Source: an uncultured delta proteobacterium
GTDB taxonomy: Bacteria > Desulfobacterota > Desulfobacteria > Desulfobacterales > JAHEIW01
Reading direction: 5' to 3'
NCBI GenBank assembly: GCA_963706575.1
Contig: CAVPNL010000005.1
Span: 256,001 to 320,000, forward strand
Length of the DNA stretch: 64,000 nucleotides
The notes beneath the pieces are model-generated. The model was not told the DNA's origin, ran no database searches, and worked only from the letters and a program-made list of their open reading frames with translations. The position numbers and the translations under genes were made by a program. Positions 11,011-20,368 of the stretch are shown here, in pieces (position 1 is the stretch's first letter; every line of letters begins with the position of its first letter).

Positions 11011-11502
11011 GTGGAAAAAGACGGGAAGATCAAATTCTGGATTCAGCGCGTCAACCGCTGGATTTGTTATGTGGGCATGTTTCTGATTCTTCCCTTGATG
11101 CTGTTCACGACTGCTGATGTCATCGGCCGGGCTGTCTGGGCCCGGCCGATTCCCGGCATCGTCGAGCTTTCCAGCTACGTGCTGGATGTTTTCATCCTAT
11201 TGGGCTTGGCCTACACCCAGCAGGTCAAAGGCCACGTGCGTGTTTCCATGTTGACCTCCCGCATGTCGCCGCGCGCTCAAATATTTCTAGAAATTGTCGT
11301 AACGTGTCTCAGCCTGTTCATCATCGCTCTGCTGGCCTGGCAGGGCTGGGTCGTGGGTTTAGAGGAAACCGCGGTTTCCGACATGCTTAGAGTAGCGCAA
11401 CGCCCCTTCAAGCTTCTGGTCGGTGTCGCTGCCTTTTTGCTTTGCCTGGAGTTGATGGTCGATCTGGCGACAGCCTTTAGGGCATTTAAAAGGAGCGGGT
11501 AA
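11011..11502 (+). CDS. dctQ: TRAP transporter small permease
   Basis: 4 TM segments, DVIGR, GHVRVSML. Confidence 0.88.
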   Translation: MEKDGKIKFWIQRVNRWICYVGMFLILPLMLFTTADVIGRAVWARPIPGIVELSSYVLDVFILLGLAYTQQVKGHVRVSMLTSRMSPRAQIFLEIVVTCLSLFIIALLAWQGWVVGLEETAVSDMLRVAQRPFKLLVGVAAFLLCLELMVDLATAFRAFKRSG

Positions 11503-12809
11503 TGGATCCGGTTCTCTTAGGCCTTGTTGGCACCCTTCTCGTGTTTTTCCTGCTTTCCCTGGGAATGCCGATCGCTTTCTCGATGATGCTGGTGGGCTTC
11601 CTGGGCATTTCGTTTCTTTCGTCCGTCCAGGCCGCCCTGCCGGTACTGGCCCGAACCGTCTACGAAACATCCTCGCACTATCCTTACACCGTTATCCCCC
11701 TGTTTGTGGTCATGGGGGGGTTTGCCGGCAGCTCCGGCATGACGAGGCAGTTGTACGCGGCTTTCGACAAATGGCTGCGCATGCTTCCCGGCGGTCTTGG
11801 CGTGGCGACCGTCGCCGCCTGCGCCGGGTTTGCCGGGGTATCCGGATCATCGGTTGCCACGGCGGCAGCCATGGGAACGGTGGCGATCCCGGAAATGAAT
11901 CGGTTTGGTTACAGCCCCAAGCTGTCCGCAGGCACCGTTGCGGCCGGTGGCACCCTGGGATTTCTGATACCGCCCAGCATCGGTTTCGTGGTTTATGGTA
12001 TGCTGACCGAACAGTCCATCGGGAGACTGCTGATCGCCGGGATTGTTCCGGGACTTCTGCTGGCGCTGGCGTACATCGGTATCATCGTATCGTGGGTGAA
12101 GATAAATCCGAAGATTGCTCCCAGCAGCCCCGAACCCGTGAGCTGGAAAGAAAAGTTTGCTTCCCTGCTGCCCGTGTGGGAACCGCTGATGATATTTTTG
12201 GTCGTCATGGGCGGCATTTATCTCGGATTTTTTACGCCCACGGAAGCGGGTGGCGTCGGTGCGACGGTGCTTTTTCTGGTGGCGCTGTTTAAACGCAAAT
12301 TGCATTGGACGGCTTTCAAAGCCGCTTTGCTGGAATCTGTCAGCATTTCGGTAATGGTTCTTTTCCTAGTCGCTGGAGCCAACGTCTTCAGTACGTTTCT
12401 GGCGCTCTCCACGATACCCATTCAAGTGTCTACCTGGGTGGTCTCGCTTGAGGTCTCCCGGTACATGATTCTGGCGATTGTTATTCTGATTTATCTTTTC
12501 TTGGGCTGTTTTCTGGACGCCATTTCGATGATGGTGCTGACCATGCCGGTTATTTTCCCGGTGATCATCAATTTGGGCTTTAACCCGATTTGGTTCGGCG
12601 TCATCGCAGTCTTGATGATGGAGGCCGGGCTGCTCACTCCGCCGATGGGGCTCAATGTGTTCACCGTTGCGGGCGTGGCCAAAGACGTGCCCCTGGAATC
12701 GATTTACCGCGGTATCCTGCCTTTTTTGATTTCCATATTTGGGGTGGTTCTTCTTATTATCCTCTTTCCGAAGCTGGCCACCTTCCTGCCGAACATGATG
12801 CTAAACTAG
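11502..12809 (+). CDS. dctM: TRAP transporter large permease
   Basis: SGSSVATAA, GGTLGFLIPPS, FTPTEAG, LTPPMGLN. Confidence 0.93.
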   Translation: MDPVLLGLVGTLLVFFLLSLGMPIAFSMMLVGFLGISFLSSVQAALPVLARTVYETSSHYPYTVIPLFVVMGGFAGSSGMTRQLYAAFDKWLRMLPGGLGVATVAACAGFAGVSGSSVATAAAMGTVAIPEMNRFGYSPKLSAGTVAAGGTLGFLIPPSIGFVVYGMLTEQSIGRLLIAGIVPGLLLALAYIGIIVSWVKINPKIAPSSPEPVSWKEKFASLLPVWEPLMIFLVVMGGIYLGFFTPTEAGGVGATVLFLVALFKRKLHWTAFKAALLESVSISVMVLFLVAGANVFSTFLALSTIPIQVSTWVVSLEVSRYMILAIVILIYLFLGCFLDAISMMVLTMPVIFPVIINLGFNPIWFGVIAVLMMEAGLLTPPMGLNVFTVAGVAKDVPLESIYRGILPFLISIFGVVLLIILFPKLATFLPNMMLN

Positions 12810-12904
12810 ATGGATTCCAGCTGTCACGCTAATGGATGATAGATATGGCAGATACTTTGCTGATGGTAATCAGGAAGGATATTACAATTTAGAAGGGATT
12901 ATCA

Positions 12905-12939
12905 TTCAATCCAAAATCCGCAATCTGAAATCCGCAATC
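12905..12939. repeat. Half copy of the 7-nt CGCAATC/AAAATC repeat arm
   Basis: ttcaatccaaaatccgcaatctgaaatccgcaatc matches the right arm at ~37040-37066. Confidence 0.6.
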
Positions 12940-12942
12940 CGT

Positions 12943-13653
12943 TTATTCCCCCAGATACGCTTCACGGACCATTTCGTTTTTCTCGAGGTTTTCACAGGAA
13001 TCGCTGAGCACGACCGAACCCGATTGCAGCACATAGCCGCGGCTGGCGACCTGCAGTGCCAACCGGGCATTCTGCTCGACCAGCAGGATGGTTGTTCCGG
13101 CGGCATGCAGCTGGCGAATGGTATCAAAGATGTCGTCGACCAGCACCGGTGCCAATCCCATGGACGGTTCGTCAAGCAGCAGTACCTTGGGGCTGGTCAT
13201 GAGTGCGCGGCCCATGGCCAGCATTTGCTGCTCGCCGCCGCTAAGGGTGCCGGCCACCTGCTTGCCGCGCTCTTTGAGCCGCGGGAAGAGTTGTAACACG
13301 CGTTCCAGGTTCTCTTTGTTCTTTTGGCTGTCTTTGCAGATGAAGGCGCCCATGTCCAGATTTTCCATTACCGTCAACGTGCCGAAAATACGGCGGCCCT
13401 CGGGAACCTGGACCACGCCTTTCTCGACGATTTTATGGGGCCGCAGTTTGGTGAGATCCTCATCGTTCAAGCGGATCGACCCTTTGCGGGGTTTTAACAG
13501 ACCGCTGGTGGTTTTGAGCATGGTACTTTTGCCTGCACCGTTGGCACCGATGATGGTCACAATCTCACCTTCTTCGACGCTGACCGAAACGTCTCTGAGC
13601 GCATGGATGTGTCCGTAATAGGTGTGGATTCCCTCAACTTCAAGCATTGCCAT
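12943..13653 (-). CDS. livF: Branched-chain amino acid ABC transporter ATPase
   Basis: GANGAGKST, VPEGRRIF, LSGGEQQMLAMGRAL, LLDEPSMGLAP. Confidence 0.93.
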   Translation of the reverse strand: MAMLEVEGIHTYYGHIHALRDVSVSVEEGEIVTIIGANGAGKSTMLKTTSGLLKPRKGSIRLNDEDLTKLRPHKIVEKGVVQVPEGRRIFGTLTVMENLDMGAFICKDSQKNKENLERVLQLFPRLKERGKQVAGTLSGGEQQMLAMGRALMTSPKVLLLDEPSMGLAPVLVDDIFDTIRQLHAAGTTILLVEQNARLALQVASRGYVLQSGSVVLSDSCENLEKNEMVREAYLGE

Positions 13654-13678
13654 GGCAGACTTCCTCCTGATTTCTCAT

Positions 13679-14464
13679 CTAAGCGGCGGCCTCTGCGGCG
13701 CTCGCTCCGGTTCCCAAGTACGCCTCGATCACTTTCGGGTTCTTTTGAATTTCCGCCGGGGTGCCCTCTGCGATTTTTTCACCGTAGTCCAAAACGGTGA
13801 CAATTTCGGAAATGCCCATGACGACTTTCATCTGATGTTCGATTAAAATGATGGTGATGCCGAGCTCATCCCGCAGGTGCTGAATAAAGTCCATCATTTC
13901 CTGGGTCTCACTGGGGTTCATGCCGGCGGCGGGTTCATCCAGCAACAAAATTTGCGGACGGGTGGCCAGCGCGCGGGCAATTTCCAGGCGCCGCTGTTCG
14001 CCGTAGGGCAAATTCTTGGCCAGCTGTTCTCCTTTGCCACCCAGATTAACAAAGCGCAGCAGGCGGCTGCTTTCTTCATCGGCCGTCTGTTCTTCTTTGC
14101 GGGTGCCGGGGGTTCCGATGACGATCCCCATAAAACGCGCTTTGAGATGGGAATGCAGGCCCACCAGAATATTTTCCATCGCCGTCAGGGCGGGAAACAG
14201 GCGGATATTCTGATAGGTGCGTGCAACCCCCAGGCGCACGATTTGATCCGGCAGCAATCCCACCAGTGCGTGGCCCATCAGGTCGATTTCCCCCAACTCC
14301 GGTTTATAGAAACCTGTGATGCAATTGAACAGGGTCGTCTTGCCAGCCCCGTTGGGCCCGATGACACTGTGGATGCTGCTTTCTTTGACCGTCAGATCCA
14401 GATTGTCGATGGCAACCAGACCGCCAAATTGTTTGGTGAGTCTTTTCGTTGTCAGAATTGCCAT
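13679..14464 (-). CDS. livG: Branched-chain amino acid ABC transporter ATPase
   Basis: FGGLVA, GPNGAGKTT, LPYGEQRRLEIARALA, LDEPAAGMN. Confidence 0.93.
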   Translation of the reverse strand: MAILTTKRLTKQFGGLVAIDNLDLTVKESSIHSVIGPNGAGKTTLFNCITGFYKPELGEIDLMGHALVGLLPDQIVRLGVARTYQNIRLFPALTAMENILVGLHSHLKARFMGIVIGTPGTRKEEQTADEESSRLLRFVNLGGKGEQLAKNLPYGEQRRLEIARALATRPQILLLDEPAAGMNPSETQEMMDFIQHLRDELGITIILIEHQMKVVMGISEIVTVLDYGEKIAEGTPAEIQKNPKVIEAYLGTGASAAEAAA

Positions 14465-14473
14465 GCTTTCCTC

Positions 14474-16168
14474 CTAACCGCTTGCCGGGGCGGCTTCGGC
14501 CGCCTCCGCCTCATTTTCGTCTTCTTCGATGTGCAGCTCACGCCGCCGCTTGACATCCGGCCACAGCCCTTCGGGTTTCAATAACATCATGGCCACCAGC
14601 GCGGCACCGTATACCAGCAAGCGGAACTCGGCAAATTCGCGCAGCAGTTCGGGCAAACCGACCAGGGCGAAGGACCCCACAATGACACCGGGGATGCTGC
14701 CCATGCCGCCGACAATGATCAGACAGATAATGTTGATGGAAACAATGACATTGAAGCTATGGGGATAGACCGAGCCGATTTTAGTGGCAAAAATGGCGCC
14801 GCTCAAGGCCGAAAAACCGGCGCCGGTGGCAAAGGCCATCAGTTTGGTGGCCACCAGGTTAATGCCCATGGCCTGGGCCACGTCCTCATCCTCGCGCACA
14901 GCCATCCAGGCTCTCCCCAGGCGGGAGTCCCGCAGGCGCCAGGATATAAATCCGACCAGCAGACAGCCGGCCAGAATGATATAATAGACTTGCTGCGGCG
15001 TGGTAAAGGTGTACCCGGCCAGACTGATATTGGGAATTTGGCCGATACCCTGGGCGCCGCCGATCCACGGGCGCAGCCAGTCGGACAGAACCAGAATCCG
15101 AATGATTTCACCAAACCCCAGGGTGGCAATCGCCAGGTAATCGCCGCGCATTTTGAGCACCGGCACCCCCAGCAGCACACCGGACAAAATGCCCGCGGCG
15201 ACGACAATGGGCAGGGCACTCCAGAATCCCATACTAAAGAATCCCAGCTCAGGGGATGTCAGAATGGCGACCACGTAAGAGCCCACGGCGAAAAAGGCCA
15301 CATAGCCCAGATCCAGCAATCCGGCAAAACCCACCACGATGTTGAGCCCCAGCCCCAGAAGCACGTAGAGGCCGACGATGGTCAAAACCTCACTGAGGAA
15401 CAGCCCCAGGATTTTCGGCAAAACAAGCAGGATCAACGCCATAACCAGCATGCTGGCGAGTTTTAGAGTGCGCTGCTGCCCGGCAGGCAGCCCTTCCACC
15501 CTGGTTTTAACGCTGCCGCCTTTGCTGTGCCACAAATAAACCAGTAGTGCGACCAAAACAAACAAGCCGACGGCCCCTTTGAGAGCCAAACCGTTGGCCG
15601 CAAACAGAAACAGGTTGATCTTGGCCAGCGGGCCCCACAGCGAGATGACCGGCCGCAGCATGTCCTGCAGCATGCCGGCCATGATCACAGTGCTGAATGC
15701 CGTGATGAGCATTTTGCGAACTACGGCCGGGGCCTGGTAGAGCAGGCCGGCAAAAAGACCGCTCAGGGCGCCGCTGAACAGCAGCAAGGGGATGCCGAGC
15801 TTGGGGCCGTAATAAAATGTCAATATCTGATAGAGCACCGGTGAGGCATTGATAAACATCATTCGCAGGTTGATGAGCTTGCCGATGGTAACCAGCAGGG
15901 CAATGCCGGCCGCCGTCATCACGCCGGTGAGGATGGCCGTGCCGAAGACCAACACAGTCTGGTCCCGCCCAACTTTTTTAGCAGCCAGGTAGGATAGAAA
16001 TACCGCGTTGAGCAGCAGCAGGATGTTGCCCATGGTAACAATTTGGTAAATAATATCGCGCTTGTTAAAGGACTCGACCATGCCGATCAGGGCGAGCATC
16101 ACCGCCGTCAAGGCACCGATCAGCCCGATGTTGAACGCATTCCGCCAGGGAGATTGATCCTGATTCAT
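14474..16168 (-). CDS. livM: Branched-chain amino acid ABC permease with extended N-terminal membrane region
   Basis: GLNIVVGFAGLLDLGYVAF, RGDYLAIATLGFGEI, GRAWMAVREDE; ~240 aa extra TM N-terminus. Confidence 0.9.
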   Translation of the reverse strand: MNQDQSPWRNAFNIGLIGALTAVMLALIGMVESFNKRDIIYQIVTMGNILLLLNAVFLSYLAAKKVGRDQTVLVFGTAILTGVMTAAGIALLVTIGKLINLRMMFINASPVLYQILTFYYGPKLGIPLLLFSGALSGLFAGLLYQAPAVVRKMLITAFSTVIMAGMLQDMLRPVISLWGPLAKINLFLFAANGLALKGAVGLFVLVALLVYLWHSKGGSVKTRVEGLPAGQQRTLKLASMLVMALILLVLPKILGLFLSEVLTIVGLYVLLGLGLNIVVGFAGLLDLGYVAFFAVGSYVVAILTSPELGFFSMGFWSALPIVVAAGILSGVLLGVPVLKMRGDYLAIATLGFGEIIRILVLSDWLRPWIGGAQGIGQIPNISLAGYTFTTPQQVYYIILAGCLLVGFISWRLRDSRLGRAWMAVREDEDVAQAMGINLVATKLMAFATGAGFSALSGAIFATKIGSVYPHSFNVIVSINIICLIIVGGMGSIPGVIVGSFALVGLPELLREFAEFRLLVYGAALVAMMLLKPEGLWPDVKRRRELHIEEDENEAEAAEAAPASG

Positions 16169-16206
16169 TTTGTCAAAAACGTCCTTTCTGACTTCAGAAG
16201 AGTTGA

Positions 16207-17268
16207 CTAAGCTTTCTTTATGGCCAATCGTTCGCCCAGAATTCCGGTCGGGCGGAAAATCAGCACCATCACCAGCATCGTAAAGGCAATCGCGTCCTTG
16301 AGCTGATAGGGCGCCACGATACCCAGACCATCAAGAAACAGGCTGGGGCCGACGGATTCAACCAGTCCGAGGAAGATGCCGCCCAGCATCGCACCCGGGA
16401 TATTGCCGATGCCACCCAGAACTGCGGCGGTAAAGGCTTTGATGCCGGGGATGAAGCCCATGAAAAAATGCACCTGCTTGAACATTATGGCGTACAGCAC
16501 CCCGGCCGCACCGGCGGCGGCGCCCCCGACAACAAAAGTCATGGATATCATTTTGTCCACGTCGATTCCCATCAGGGCCGAGGCTTCCTTGTCCTCGGAG
16601 ACGGACCGAATGGCCTTGCCGATGCGGCTTTTCATGACAAAGGAGTACAGGGTGAACATCAGCACGACGGCGGCCACGATGACGACGGCCTGAAATTTGA
16701 GAATACGGATACCGGCAATTATCCAGTGGCCTTCCAGCATCGCGATGTCCGGATACGCCTGGAAGCTGGAACCATAGAGCCCCCGAAACAGGTACTGCAG
16801 AAAAAAGGACGCCCCGATGGCGGTGATCAGCGGGATCAGCCGCGGTGCGCCTCTGAGGGGCCGGTAGGCAATCCGTTCCAGAAAAAAAGCAATCGTGACG
16901 GATACGGCCATGGATACGAGGAAGATGACCCCCAGGCAGAGAATGGGCTGGGCCTCCAGAAAGTCATTGCGGTAAAAATAGGCCGCCACAAAATAGGCCG
17001 TATAGGGTCCGCTCATGAAGACTTCGCCGTGCGCAAAGTTGATCATGCGCAACACGCCGTAAACCATGGTATAACCGGTGGCGATCAGCGCATACACACT
17101 GCCCTGGGCCAGGCCGAAGATGACGAAATCGATCCAGTGTCGGGTGGTATAGGTCCCTTTGATCAGGGTGGCGATCGAGCCCCAGATAATCAGGAACAGC
17201 AGCCCGCCGCCGATCAGCCACATCACCACGTCGGTGGGTGATATCCGTTCGCGAATTCGTTGCAGCAT
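16207..17268 (-). CDS. livH: Branched-chain amino acid ABC permease
   Basis: YALIATGYTMVYGVLRMINFAHGE, KAFTAAVLGGIG. Confidence 0.92.
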   Translation of the reverse strand: MLQRIRERISPTDVVMWLIGGGLLFLIIWGSIATLIKGTYTTRHWIDFVIFGLAQGSVYALIATGYTMVYGVLRMINFAHGEVFMSGPYTAYFVAAYFYRNDFLEAQPILCLGVIFLVSMAVSVTIAFFLERIAYRPLRGAPRLIPLITAIGASFFLQYLFRGLYGSSFQAYPDIAMLEGHWIIAGIRILKFQAVVIVAAVVLMFTLYSFVMKSRIGKAIRSVSEDKEASALMGIDVDKMISMTFVVGGAAAGAAGVLYAIMFKQVHFFMGFIPGIKAFTAAVLGGIGNIPGAMLGGIFLGLVESVGPSLFLDGLGIVAPYQLKDAIAFTMLVMVLIFRPTGILGERLAIKKA

Positions 17269-17397
17269 AGTTCTTTTCCTTCTTAATCCTTATGAACCTG
17301 ATGTTTGCCTTATGACAACGTGCGTTTTCTCGCAACGCGAAATGTTGCCTGCGTTGACGCACGGCAAACGGTCGGGGAGAATATGCTATTTTGCAGG

Positions 17398-17430
17398 GAG
17401 AGCCGGGTATCATTCGCATACCCGGCTCTC
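17398..17430. other. Perfect 13-bp-stem hairpin between livK and livH
   Basis: GAGAGCCGGGTAT-CATTCGC-ATACCCGGCTCTC. Confidence 0.6.
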
Positions 17431-17452
17431 ATGCAGCATTAAAGAAAAAGCG

Positions 17453-17480
17453 AAAAAGCCGGCTTCGATAGAAGCCGGCT
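17453..17480 (-). terminator. Intrinsic terminator / stabilising hairpin after livK
   Basis: Minus strand AGCCGGCTTC-TATC-GAAGCCGGCT followed by a T run. Confidence 0.7.
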
Positions 17481-17494
17481 CTGATCGATTAAAA

Positions 17495-18715
17495 TTAATA
17501 CGGTTTCCAGTAAGGCTTGCTCGGCATCTGCAGCTTCTTCACGTTTTCTGGCTCGGTCTGATAAACTGCGATTTTCGGATCGGCGCAGTCGCCGTACTGG
17601 TCACAGGTGATCGTGCCGGTCAGCCCTTTCATCTTTGAGGTGGCGTAGAGGGCATCCCGCAGCGCTTGGCGGCCGATATACAGATCTCCGCCTTCTTTGA
17701 CGGCCACTTTGTCGATCGCATTCAGGACCATCATGGTGGCGTCATAGGCATGGGCGTGGAACGGCGCGATGGGTTTTTCACCGTATTTTTTCTGGTGGGT
17801 CTTCAGAAACTCTTGATAGCCCCCCGCAAATGCTGAAAAATCCGGGCTGGAATGGAACATCCCCACGGCGGCGTTGCCGGCAGCTTTGTAGAAATCCGGC
17901 GAGAACATGCCATCGGCGCCAAACAGCATTACCTTTTCCAAACCGGACACTTCTTTGGCCTGGCGCGTAATAAATCCGCCTTCGGCAATAAAGATCGGAT
18001 AGTAGATGATCTGCGGTTTGCCGGTGGCGATCTTGGTCAAAACCGGGCGCATGTCGGTATCGTTGGGCGAAACAGCTTCCATGGCGGTAATTTCGCCGCC
18101 CTTCTCTTTAAAGGTTCTGGCAAACACCTGGGCCAGCTGTTCGGCGTAGACACTGCCGTCATGAATGGTAGCCGCTCTTTTGAGACCCTTCTCATTATAT
18201 GCAAAATTAGCCGCAATTGCACCCTGAACCTTGTCATTGTGGCAGGTGCGTAAATAGCCCGAGTAACCGTCACTGCGTTCGGGGTCGGTCAGGTACGGCG
18301 CGGTGTTTGAGGGCGACACGGTCGGAATGCCGGCCTTCCACAGGATCGGCACGCCGGGCTTGGCTTCGCTGGAGCAGTTGGAACCGATGGCCGCGACAAT
18401 GGTCGGGTCGGCCGCTAGGCGGGTTGCTGCGGCCTGGCCGCCTTCGGCACTGCAGCCGGAATCCTGGCCTGAAATTTTAATCGGCCAGCCTTTGATTGAG
18501 CCGCCGAATGTGTCCACCGCAATTTCGATACCGCGCACCGTATCGGTGCCCAGGGACGTATTCGGGCCTGAAATGACGAACCAATAGGCAATGTGGATGG
18601 GCTCACCGGGGCGCAGTTTGACCACTCCGATGGGATCTTTCACTTCTGCCTGTGCGCTAAATGCAAATGCGATCACGAACAAAAATACCAACACAATAGT
18701 TAACTTCCGGTTCAT
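17495..18715 (-). CDS. livK: Branched-chain amino acid ABC substrate-binding protein (LivK/LivJ family)
   Basis: Signal peptide, DSGCSAEGG, SPSNTAP, YLRTCHND..QG, HAYDA. Confidence 0.88.
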   Translation of the reverse strand: MNRKLTIVLVFLFVIAFAFSAQAEVKDPIGVVKLRPGEPIHIAYWFVISGPNTSLGTDTVRGIEIAVDTFGGSIKGWPIKISGQDSGCSAEGGQAAATRLAADPTIVAAIGSNCSSEAKPGVPILWKAGIPTVSPSNTAPYLTDPERSDGYSGYLRTCHNDKVQGAIAANFAYNEKGLKRAATIHDGSVYAEQLAQVFARTFKEKGGEITAMEAVSPNDTDMRPVLTKIATGKPQIIYYPIFIAEGGFITRQAKEVSGLEKVMLFGADGMFSPDFYKAAGNAAVGMFHSSPDFSAFAGGYQEFLKTHQKKYGEKPIAPFHAHAYDATMMVLNAIDKVAVKEGGDLYIGRQALRDALYATSKMKGLTGTITCDQYGDCADPKIAVYQTEPENVKKLQMPSKPYWKPY

Positions 18716-18766
18716 TTCATATCTCCTTTCTCTGTATCATTAGTGCTCAACGTATTGAGAGCTTGG

Positions 18767-18815
18767 TAGAACAGTACGGCTTGAGATCTTATTAGAACAG
18801 TACAACTTGAGATCT
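18767..18815. repeat. Two 23-nt direct repeats (period 26) in the livK upstream region
   Basis: TAGAACAGTACGGCTTGAGATCT (18767) and TAGAACAGTACAACTTGAGATCT (18793). Confidence 0.8.
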
Positions 18816-18840
18816 GATTTAGGACGGAACAACACTGTCT

Positions 18841-18876
18841 GGCTGCATCACCTCCTTTCAGCATCTGTGGAGATGC
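18841..18876 (-). promoter_or_regulatory. Hairpin plus extended Shine-Dalgarno-like site in the livK leader
   Basis: Minus strand GCATCT-CCAC-AGATGC then GAAAGGAGGTGATGCAGCC, 18/19 complementary to the usual 16S 3' end. Confidence 0.45.
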
Positions 18877-19060
18877 CGGGGATCATTAGGCCATATTTTC
18901 AAAGGCTTAAAATGTCAAACAGCCGTTGCCTGACGCTGCTGACTGTCAACCGGCTGAAATCATGGCTAAATAAGATTTAGTTGGTGATTTCGATTCAAAA
19001 GGTTTGGCGCCTATTTAAACAACATTTGAGCATTAGTCAAGAGCTAATGTTAAGAAAAGG

Positions 19061-20227
19061 TTAAACCAGCCCATTTTCGCTCAATGCCCGGTTTTCCAGT
19101 ATGCGCTGTGGGGAGAAAATGGAAAGGTCCAGTGAGACCGGTTTTTCGAGGATGAGTTCGCTCAAATAGCGGCCGACGGTCGGTCCCTGTTGCAGGCCGT
19201 GACCGGAAAAGCCGTTGGCCAGGTACAACCCGTTGAGCTCCGGCCACTGACCCAGAATGGCGTTGCCGTCCAGGGTGTTGACCGCGTAGAGCCCGGCCCA
19301 GCCGCGCACCAGTTTCAGCCGGTCGAATGCCGGGACAAATTCGGCCAATTCGGGCCACAGAAGTTCGAGGAAGCGTTTATCGTCCCAGTTGAAATCAAAT
19401 CCGACGGGATCTTCCGGCAAAGATTTACCCAGCAAAATCAATCCGCCGGTTTCGCTGCGGAAATACAACCCGGACGGCAAGATGGTCAAAGGCAGCGGGC
19501 CGGTCGGTTTTACGGCCGTATCCAGCGCAAACACCTGGCGCTTGACCGGAAGCACCGGAAGCTTAACCCCTGCCGTTTTGGCCACGTCGGCGGCCCATGC
19601 CCCGGCGCAGTTGACCACAAATGCTGCATTAAGGCGCCCAAGTGCCGCCAGCCCCGCGCCGGCGACATGCTTTTGGTTCTTTTTAATCGTGACAACCTCA
19701 TCCTGAATATAGGTTGCGCCCAGTGAGCGGGCCTTGGCCTTGTACCCCATCAGAACGGCATAGGCATCGATATAGCCGTCATTCGGACTAAAGGTTCCGC
19801 CGATAAACCCTCCGGGTTCATAAAGCGGGTAATGCTCTCTGATTGTTTGCGGCGACCACCATTGAACCTGACACCCCAGATCTTTCTGCATTTCAAACGC
19901 ACCCCGGGCGGCAGTTTCTTGGGCGGCGTCCACCAGAAACAGATTTCCTTCCTGGCGGTAATAAATTCTGGGTTTCTGGTCCTCTACGGCCATATCTTCT
20001 TCAAATCTTTTTAAAACCTGTTGGGTATAGAGAGAAATCTGAACGTTTTCTTTCAAACTGAACTGGACACGGACATTGCTCATCGAAAGGGTGGTTGAGG
20101 CTTGGGTGTAGGCGGCGTCGCGGTCCACTACGGCTACTTTGAGCGTCGGGTCCGCTTTCATCAGATAATAGGCGGTTGCGCTGCCCATGATGCCGCCACC
20201 GATGATGATGATGTCATATGTTTTCAT
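19061..20227 (-). CDS. FAD-dependent oxidoreductase, DAO / sarcosine-oxidase-beta family
   Basis: YDIIIIGGGIMG, DGYIDAY, GWAGLY, ANGFSGHGLQQGP; GGAGG 8 nt before ATG 20227. Confidence 0.9.
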   Translation of the reverse strand: MKTYDIIIIGGGIMGSATAYYLMKADPTLKVAVVDRDAAYTQASTTLSMSNVRVQFSLKENVQISLYTQQVLKRFEEDMAVEDQKPRIYYRQEGNLFLVDAAQETAARGAFEMQKDLGCQVQWWSPQTIREHYPLYEPGGFIGGTFSPNDGYIDAYAVLMGYKAKARSLGATYIQDEVVTIKKNQKHVAGAGLAALGRLNAAFVVNCAGAWAADVAKTAGVKLPVLPVKRQVFALDTAVKPTGPLPLTILPSGLYFRSETGGLILLGKSLPEDPVGFDFNWDDKRFLELLWPELAEFVPAFDRLKLVRGWAGLYAVNTLDGNAILGQWPELNGLYLANGFSGHGLQQGPTVGRYLSELILEKPVSLDLSIFSPQRILENRALSENGLV

Positions 20228-20285
20228 GCGCATTGCCTCCACAAGCACATCTAAATAAAGCTGCTGTTTTCAGGTATCCGTCATC

Positions 20286-20368
20286 GGGTTCAAAGGTTCA
20301 ACGTTCAAGGGTTCAGAGGTTCAAAAGCTGCGCAACCCTTAACGCAGAACCCCGAACCTTTGAACCTC
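20286..20368. repeat. Short-unit inverted repeat (GGTTCA units / TGAACC units)
   Basis: gggttcaaaggttcaacgttcaagggttcagaggttca ... gaaccccgaacctttgaacct. Confidence 0.75.

Noticed and set aside
12832..14584. Long plus-strand ORFs (12832..13296, 13088..13618, 13877..14584) and similar antisense ORFs elsewhere
   Set aside because: Shadow frames opposite well-supported genes, with no recognisable motifs
18767..18815. Direct repeats as a mini CRISPR array
   Set aside because: Two copies with a 3-nt gap, no spacer-length sequence, no cas genes
18841..18859. Match to the 16S rRNA 3' end as an rRNA gene fragment
   Set aside because: Only 19 nt, with no rRNA-like flanks; better read as an extended SD on the minus strand
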